Shown here in pieces: positions 27,001-31,688 of a stretch of DNA of 31,688 bases. Position 1 is the first letter of the stretch; each line of letters opens with the position of its first letter. The translations under genes were made by a program, and so were the position numbers. The DNA lies in IMG/VR virus record IMGVR_UViG_3300017548_000010, positions 1 through 31,688 of that record; one strand, written 5' to 3'. A model generated the notes under the pieces. That model ran no database searches, was not told where the DNA came from, and worked only from the letters and a program-made list of their open reading frames with translations. The DNA comes from a virus. Lineage: Duplodnaviria > Caudoviricetes.

Positions 27001-28173
27001 ATGCAACGCTTTCTCCCTTTACTCCTGCTACTCGTTTGCGCGGCCACGTCGAACGCTGCCTGGCAGAAGCGGTGGAACGGGTCGACGTCGGGCGACTACT
27101 CGGCGGCCGCGAACTGGGACGCGATCAGCGTCCGTAACGCGAACTACAGTTGGACCGCGTCGGGGAGCGGCACCAACGAGTTCTACTTGCGCACGGCGGG
27201 AGGCACGGATCCTGGCTTGATCGCCGCTCCAGGCTCCGTGCAGGTGAATGGTGTCAACGCTACGTCCGGCACGATCGGAGCGCTCGCTGCGGGCCAATGG
27301 GCCTACGGCGACAACGACACGCTCGGATTCAACACGCTCTATGTGCGCCTGAGCGACGGCGCCGATCCGGACAGCAAAGCGATCGATTTCATCACCTTCA
27401 AGCAGATCCCGGTGGCCGGGGACCACGTGAGATTGCCTGCAGGATCCGGGGCGATTAGCTCGGGCCTCGACCAGTCGGCCGTCGCGATCGGCGATTTCAT
27501 CGTGGAGGACGGCTATGTTCAGGCGATCGCCAGCGCGGCTGCGCCGCTGCGGATCGATCCGGATCGATTCGAGTTCTCTGGCGTGGGAACCGCATACATC
27601 GATCTGCGAGCGGCGAACATCGATGCTCAAGTGTTCAAGACGGCGAGCGCCGCGACCGGCTCGCAGGGGCTCTACCTACAAGGGAGCAACCTATCGAAGC
27701 TGATCGTCCACGGCGGCATCGTCGGGGTGGCGGTACGGCACGGAGAGACGTCAACGGTGGACACCGTGCGCTGCACGGGGAGCGCTGCCCAAGTCACGCT
27801 CGGCGCCGGCGTCACGATCTCCACGGCCCTCTACGTGACGGCCGGCTCGGTCATCAGCAGGTGCTCGGCGACGATCCCCGCAGTCACACTCGAGGGAGGC
27901 CAGTTCAAGTCCGAGGAAGCGGGAGCCATCACGGCATTGTCCATCGACAAGGGCACCGCAATCTGCAACTCCACGGGCACCGTGACGACGGTCAACTTGA
28001 CCGGCTCGGGTGCCGTGCTCGACCTTTCGCAGACCGGGGCCTCGCGGACGTTCACGACGATCAACCACTCGCTCGGCCGGATCCGCTACGACAAGAACGT
28101 CGTCAGCATCACGACTTACAATCCGCCGGCGTCGAGCATTGGACCAGTGGAGCTGTCGGCCTCCTCGCCGTAG
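27001..28173 (+). CDS. Signal-peptide-bearing beta-helix-like adhesin/tail protein
   Basis: MQRFLPLLLLLVCAATSNA signal; W.G...GD...AANW motif; Gly/Thr/Ser-rich repeats. Confidence 0.65.
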   Translation: MQRFLPLLLLLVCAATSNAAWQKRWNGSTSGDYSAAANWDAISVRNANYSWTASGSGTNEFYLRTAGGTDPGLIAAPGSVQVNGVNATSGTIGALAAGQWAYGDNDTLGFNTLYVRLSDGADPDSKAIDFITFKQIPVAGDHVRLPAGSGAISSGLDQSAVAIGDFIVEDGYVQAIASAAAPLRIDPDRFEFSGVGTAYIDLRAANIDAQVFKTASAATGSQGLYLQGSNLSKLIVHGGIVGVAVRHGETSTVDTVRCTGSAAQVTLGAGVTISTALYVTAGSVISRCSATIPAVTLEGGQFKSEEAGAITALSIDKGTAICNSTGTVTTVNLTGSGAVLDLSQTGASRTFTTINHSLGRIRYDKNVVSITTYNPPASSIGPVELSASSP

Positions 28174-28202
28174 CCCACCAACCGAGCTGAAACTAGCCCA
28201 GG

Positions 28203-28739
28203 TTAGACGACGTCGAGCACACGGATCTCACCGCGGCCAAGTCGGTCGATGACTCGCGAGCCGATCCACTCGTCCCGGCTCATGCTCATCAGGATCTTCT
28301 CTTTTGCCATGCCGCGGGCGAAGAAGCCTGCCTTCCGCAGGAGCAACTGGGCGGGCGTGTCGTGCTCGGGGACCAAGGCGGTGACGAGCTGCTCATGGTC
28401 CTTTCGCAGCACGCCGCACTGCGCCGCCAGCAGCCAAGTCGCCAGTCCGATCCGACGAAAGGCGGGATGCACCGCCACGCGATCGATCCGGATGGATCCC
28501 CTGCGAGCCCGCCTGGCGATGAGATAGGCGACGGCGTCATTTTGGCGTTCGGCTTCGATCACGTAGCCCCAGCCCCGATCGGTCCGCTGCTTGATCTGCT
28601 CCCGCGTGAGCGGCTCGTCGAAGGAGAGGCGATCGACCCGGGCCATCGCATCCAAGTCGCGCCATGCGCTGCCGCGGAGCTTGAGCTTGCCCCGCTCGGG
28701 ACAGGTGTAGAAATCCGGGTAATCCATCGCGGCCTCCAT
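28203..28739 (-). CDS. GNAT acetyltransferase (RimI-like)
   Basis: AVHPAFRRIGLA acetyl-CoA motif; AQLLLRKAGF. Confidence 0.8.
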   Translation of the reverse strand: MEAAMDYPDFYTCPERGKLKLRGSAWRDLDAMARVDRLSFDEPLTREQIKQRTDRGWGYVIEAERQNDAVAYLIARRARRGSIRIDRVAVHPAFRRIGLATWLLAAQCGVLRKDHEQLVTALVPEHDTPAQLLLRKAGFFARGMAKEKILMSMSRDEWIGSRVIDRLGRGEIRVLDVV

Positions 28740-28789
28740 GGGTTCATCGTAGACCCACGGAGCCGCGATTCTGTTCGGGAACCTGGACG

Positions 28790-29116
28790 CGCAAGATTGG
28801 CAAGGAATTCGGCCTGGGTCATCAGGCGGTGAATCACAATCAGCGTGAATACGTTCGTGGCGATGCCCACATCAACACGGCGGAATCATTTTTCTCGCTG
28901 TTGAAGCGCGGGCATTACGGCACGTTTCACTTGCTCAGCCGTGAGCATCTTTGCCGCTATGTAGCCGAGTTCGCGTTTCGCTGGAACAGCCGAAAAGTGA
29001 CGGATGGCGAGCGTATGGTGCGGGCGATTAAAGGGGCCGAGGGAAAGCGACTAACTTACCGCAAGCCAAGCCAGCAATCGGGCGATGATATTCACCCCGA
29101 ACCGGATGCGAAGTAA
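28790..29116 (+). pseudogene. 5'-truncated IS1595-family transposase (C-terminal part)
   Basis: RKIGKEF..GH..VNH..EYVRG..H.NTAESFFSLLKRG..GT.H..S..HL.RY..EF.FR.N.R; the N-terminal Zn-ribbon and first catalytic residues are absent. Confidence 0.85.
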
Positions 29117-29128
29117 GATCGTAAGAAA

Positions 29129-29229
29129 TACGGCGAGCGGGATTTGAACCCGCAAGGGGCCTGACTCGTTCAAAAGGGGCACCCACCGGAATCCAAACCT
29201 GGCGCGTCTACCAATTTCGCCATCGCCGC
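29129..29229 (-). tRNA. Atypical class II tRNA: Leu-like body, UGG (Pro) anticodon, 32-nt variable region, no encoded CCA
   Basis: GCGGCGA-TG-GCG AAATTGGTAGA CGC-G-CCAGG TTTGGAT TCCGG-(32 nt)-GCGGG TTCAAAT CCCGC-TCGCCGT-A. Confidence 0.7.
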
Positions 29230-29236
29230 AAACAGT

Positions 29237-29277
29237 GAGGGGCCGGCATCCGTTTTCCTAGGGCGGGCCGGCCCCTC
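29237..29277. other. Inverted repeat just 5' of the tRNA
   Basis: GAGGGGCCGGC...GCCGGCCCCTC perfect 11-bp arms. Confidence 0.55.
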
Positions 29278-29631
29278 TTCTCGTTGTGGTCAGAGTTCTG
29301 TTGTCGTCATGGTGGCCCGCGAGCGCTACACATTGCGCATGCCCTTTCCTTAGAGAGAGTTACAAGCTAGCGCGATCGAACGAGAAAGCAGAAGTATCCG
29401 CCATCGCGTCGACGCATCGGCTTGCCGGTGCGCCAATGACGCACCTCTTTGCGAAAAATCCACCTATAGCCCGGCGGCGCAGGGCGGTTGCGCGGAGACA
29501 TAGCCCCTAGCTCCCAACAAATTTGAGCTTGCTTAGGCGGGGCTTTGGCGCATAATAGAAGTGTCTGAAACTTCTGTGGTGCGCTAGTCGCTCCGCAGTG
29601 ACGGGAAGCTCTATAACCCGTCAGCTTTTAC

Positions 29632-29679
29632 AAACGCAGCCGGTTCAAAGGGCCAACTTTGATCCGGCTGTGTGCGTTT
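29632..29679. terminator. Long hairpin at the 3' end of the 29680..30225 ORF
   Basis: CAGCCGG.TCAAAG / CTTTGA.CCGGCTG arms with outer AAACGC/GCGTTT. Confidence 0.5.
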
Positions 29680-30225
29680 CTATCCTGCTACAACCTCCGT
29701 GTTGCTGTTCCTTGCGGGTATTCGGTAGAAGGTCGGCGTTCTGCCGGCCCCTTGCGATGCCACTTCGATTTCGCCGCGCTCCTGCAACTTTCGGACAGCT
29801 TGGCGAACGCTATTTTCGTGGTAGACCTCGTCGGGAGAGAGGTCCGTCATAACGGCATGAATATCCTTCCATGTGAACGTGTCGTTCGTCAGGAAGATCA
29901 TCGCCTCGCGAGCCGCTTTCATCACTTCCCCTTTCGCGGCCGACTCTGCCGACTCCATGGCCGCTTCCGCAGATTGCTCCGAAGCGGGCAGTTTCTCTGC
30001 GGAAGGCAGGGAAACTTGCGGGGCCTCTGCTATAGTTGTGGCCGAGGGGGCTGTGGCTTGTTGAATCGAAGGATAGAGCGAGCGCCTTGCAGCGCTCGTT
30101 CTAGTGCTGGGCCTCGCAGGTTCCAGCGACTGGGACAAGCGATATACTCGCTCCAGTGCCGCCAAGTCCTGCAGGTAAGTGGACTCGATTTGCTGCTTCA
30201 GTCGGAGATATTCAGACTCGTTCAT
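29680..30225 (-). CDS. Coiled-coil plus C-terminal winged-HTH protein (IS passenger)
   Basis: FTWKDI...SVRQAVRKLQERGEIEV...G....Y wHTH; TTGCTG-N16-TAGAAT-N7-ATG suggests a leaderless start at 30225. Confidence 0.65.
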   Translation of the reverse strand: MNESEYLRLKQQIESTYLQDLAALERVYRLSQSLEPARPSTRTSAARRSLYPSIQQATAPSATTIAEAPQVSLPSAEKLPASEQSAEAAMESAESAAKGEVMKAAREAMIFLTNDTFTWKDIHAVMTDLSPDEVYHENSVRQAVRKLQERGEIEVASQGAGRTPTFYRIPARNSNTEVVAG

Positions 30226-30338
30226 ACCCATAATTCTACGAACGCCCATCGACGCAGCAAGGCGAAACGCAGAAAAGTTGGGCGACTTGTCAAGATTTTT
30301 TACCCACCCCACCGCAGAAGGGTTAGGTGATTTGCCGC

Positions 30339-30503
30339 ATGAAACACCCTAAACGCAAGGCACCAGTGCATATTCCGATGGCGTTTAACGACGCCCTGAA
30401 GGGTCTGCTGGCCGTTGACCCGAAGCAGCTACCGAAGCAGCAAAAGAACGCTACAAAATCTCAACAAACCAAGAACGCAGCTAGACGCAAGAAGGGCACC
30501 TGA
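30339..30503 (+). CDS. 54-aa basic protein (not in ORF track)
   Basis: MKHPKRKAPVHIPMAFNDALKGLLAVDPKQLPK...; AGGTGA RBS. Confidence 0.55.
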   Translation: MKHPKRKAPVHIPMAFNDALKGLLAVDPKQLPKQQKNATKSQQTKNAARRKKGT

Positions 30504-30584
30504 ACAGACTTACAGTGTGGTTAAGGTGCGAGCGGCGTTGGGTTTGTCAGGTGTAACATTCTCAAAGCCGCCACAGCCGCCGCA

Positions 30585-30815
30585 TCAGGCCACCTTGCCC
30601 TTTCGGTCGCTTGGCCTTCGAGGCGCGGCATCAGGACCGGTTGGGCTTGGCGGCGATGGAACGGTTTCCGGAGGCAGTTCCCCGCGGATAACCTTCACGC
30701 CCGCGGGGGCCTCGATCCCAATCGTCACGCGATTGCCGGTGATGCGCCGCACGACGATCTCCACGTCGTCGCCGATCCGCAATCGCTGCCCCTCTTTCCT
30801 GGATAGCACGAGCAC
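30585..30815 (-). CDS. csrA: Carbon storage regulator CsrA/RsmA homologue
   Basis: MLVLSRK.G....IGDD.EI.V......V.IGIEAP..V...RGE; GGAGG RBS. Confidence 0.9.
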   Translation of the reverse strand: MLVLSRKEGQRLRIGDDVEIVVRRITGNRVTIGIEAPAGVKVIRGELPPETVPSPPSPTGPDAAPRRPSDRKGKVA

Positions 30816-30863
30816 AATCCACCTCCATGCGATAGAACCATGAAACAGACAAAAACAAACGCG

Positions 30864-31427
30864 TTAAGCTTCCCTCAAGCTGCGGGCCGCGGCCGCGAAG
30901 CCAGCAAAGAAACAGGCCAGCAGATTCGTTTTGACCTGCACCCCCTCCAGTAGATCCCACTCCCCGTCCCATTCCATGCGGCCACCGGCGTCGCGGCGCA
31001 CCGTCCGCTGATTCAAGCGAGCGCGGCAGTCGAGCGAGAGCAGCTGCACGGTGATCGTCTCGATGCGATTGGGGTCATCTTCGGGGAGCAAGTACTTTCG
31101 CCGCCCTGCTTCGAACATGTCCTCCGATAGCCACGCCTCGGTCACCAAGGCGACATGCGTGGGCAGGCGCCGGCGCGTATACATCCCCATGCCGATCTTT
31201 TTCAGGATCCTCCCCTTCTCTTGGCCGTCGAACTCGCCGCCGATCGCGAAGATGCTCAGCTCGCGCTTTTCTGCACCGTAGGGGAACGCGTACACGAGCA
31301 GTTGCGGCATAAGCGAGCGGGGACGGCCGCGCATCGCGACGTCGGCAAAGTCGCGCGCTGTGGCGAGGGCGTTGAGCAGGTCCGTCTCCGCGGGGAGGAC
31401 CATTTCCAGGGAAATGTTTGGACTCAT
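30864..31427 (-). CDS. Hypothetical phage protein
   Basis: 187-aa ORF coupled to the upstream gene; EAW...P.DDPNR.E motif. Confidence 0.65.
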   Translation of the reverse strand: MSPNISLEMVLPAETDLLNALATARDFADVAMRGRPRSLMPQLLVYAFPYGAEKRELSIFAIGGEFDGQEKGRILKKIGMGMYTRRRLPTHVALVTEAWLSEDMFEAGRRKYLLPEDDPNRIETITVQLLSLDCRARLNQRTVRRDAGGRMEWDGEWDLLEGVQVKTNLLACFFAGFAAAARSLREA

Positions 31428-31430
31428 GGC

Positions 31431-31688
31431 TCACCGTCCCTTCTTCCCGCCCTTCCCCTGGCCTTCCGGTAGCCGGAGGCACTTGGGGAGCTGCAGCAAC
31501 TTTTGGGGAGATACGAACGCCGCGGCCATCGCCCATCGCTTCTTGCGGCCGACGAGATTGACGCCGAGCTCCTTCGCCAGGTCCTGCAACTGGTCGGAGC
31601 TGAAGATCGCGAAGAACTGCTCGAGCAGCGGGCTCGGCGCCGGCCGCTGGAGCGCGAGCCACTCTGCGTCGAGGTCGACGCCGTACCG
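31431..31688 (-). CDS. 3' end of an ORF entering from the right edge (possibly a ParB-like protein C-terminus)
   Basis: Open frame ...YGVDLDAEW...EQFFAIFSSDQLQDLAKELGV...KK...LPKCL, stop at 31431. Confidence 0.5.
   Translation of the reverse strand, partial: RYGVDLDAEWLALQRPAPSPLLEQFFAIFSSDQLQDLAKELGVNLVGRKKRWAMAAAFVSPQKLLQLPKCLRLPEGQGKGGKKGR

Larger units (their letters stand above)
76..31688. mobile_element. Prophage (siphovirus-like), continuing beyond the right edge
   Basis: tRNA-fragment att site, then contiguous terminase-portal-capsid-tail genes. No integrase in the window. Confidence 0.9.

Noticed and set aside
2300-28173. Diversity-generating retroelement acting on fibre genes
   Set aside because: No reverse transcriptase, and no TR/VR pair differing at adenines was noticed
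28203-29229. GNAT toxin paired with the tRNA as a toxin-antitoxin system
   Set aside because: The GNAT looks RimI-like, lacks an RHH antitoxin and is separated from the tRNA by an IS truncation junction, so adjacency is probably accidental
29129-29229. This tRNA as the partner att site of the 76-122 fragment
   Set aside because: The sequences differ in acceptor stem, anticodon arm and class, and phage-like genes continue beyond it
29659-30330. 223-aa plus-strand ORF
   Set aside because: Antisense to the better-supported wHTH ORF, which has promoter-like signals
1-31688. CRISPR array
   Set aside because: No regularly spaced direct repeats with unique spacers were seen

Overview
Almost the whole window is the left part of a GC-rich, tailed (siphovirus-like) prophage. 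Its protein families look planctomycete-like, but the host is inferred. The left boundary is a 3'-half tRNA(CAU) remnant with a terminator (att-type duplication, 76-122). Next come small regulatory ORFs and a fibre/adhesin module (1.6-6.1 kb). An unusual exported-protein cassette (6.4-11 kb) encodes a CxxCH protein, a trypsin-like protease, small Gln-rich/TM proteins, a permuted NlpC/P60 enzyme and a holin-like protein. After a lambda-cos-like site come a ParB-methyltransferase fusion, a GpA-type terminase, gpW and a lambda-type portal, protease/scaffold, an epsilon15-gp7-like capsid with a Bbp16-like cement protein, and neck and tail-tube genes. The tail region continues with a chaperone carrying a -1 slippery site, tape measure and tail-tip genes. 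The right end has a RimI-like GNAT, a truncated IS1595 transposase with passengers, csrA and leftward early genes. One passenger is a Leu-type tRNA body with a UGG (Pro) anticodon. The most striking unexplained signal is a 16-bp palindrome, CRTTTCC-NN-GGAAAYG, matching the Noc/ParB-type binding box and found at 7 dispersed sites. All product calls come from motif recognition by eye, not from database searches.
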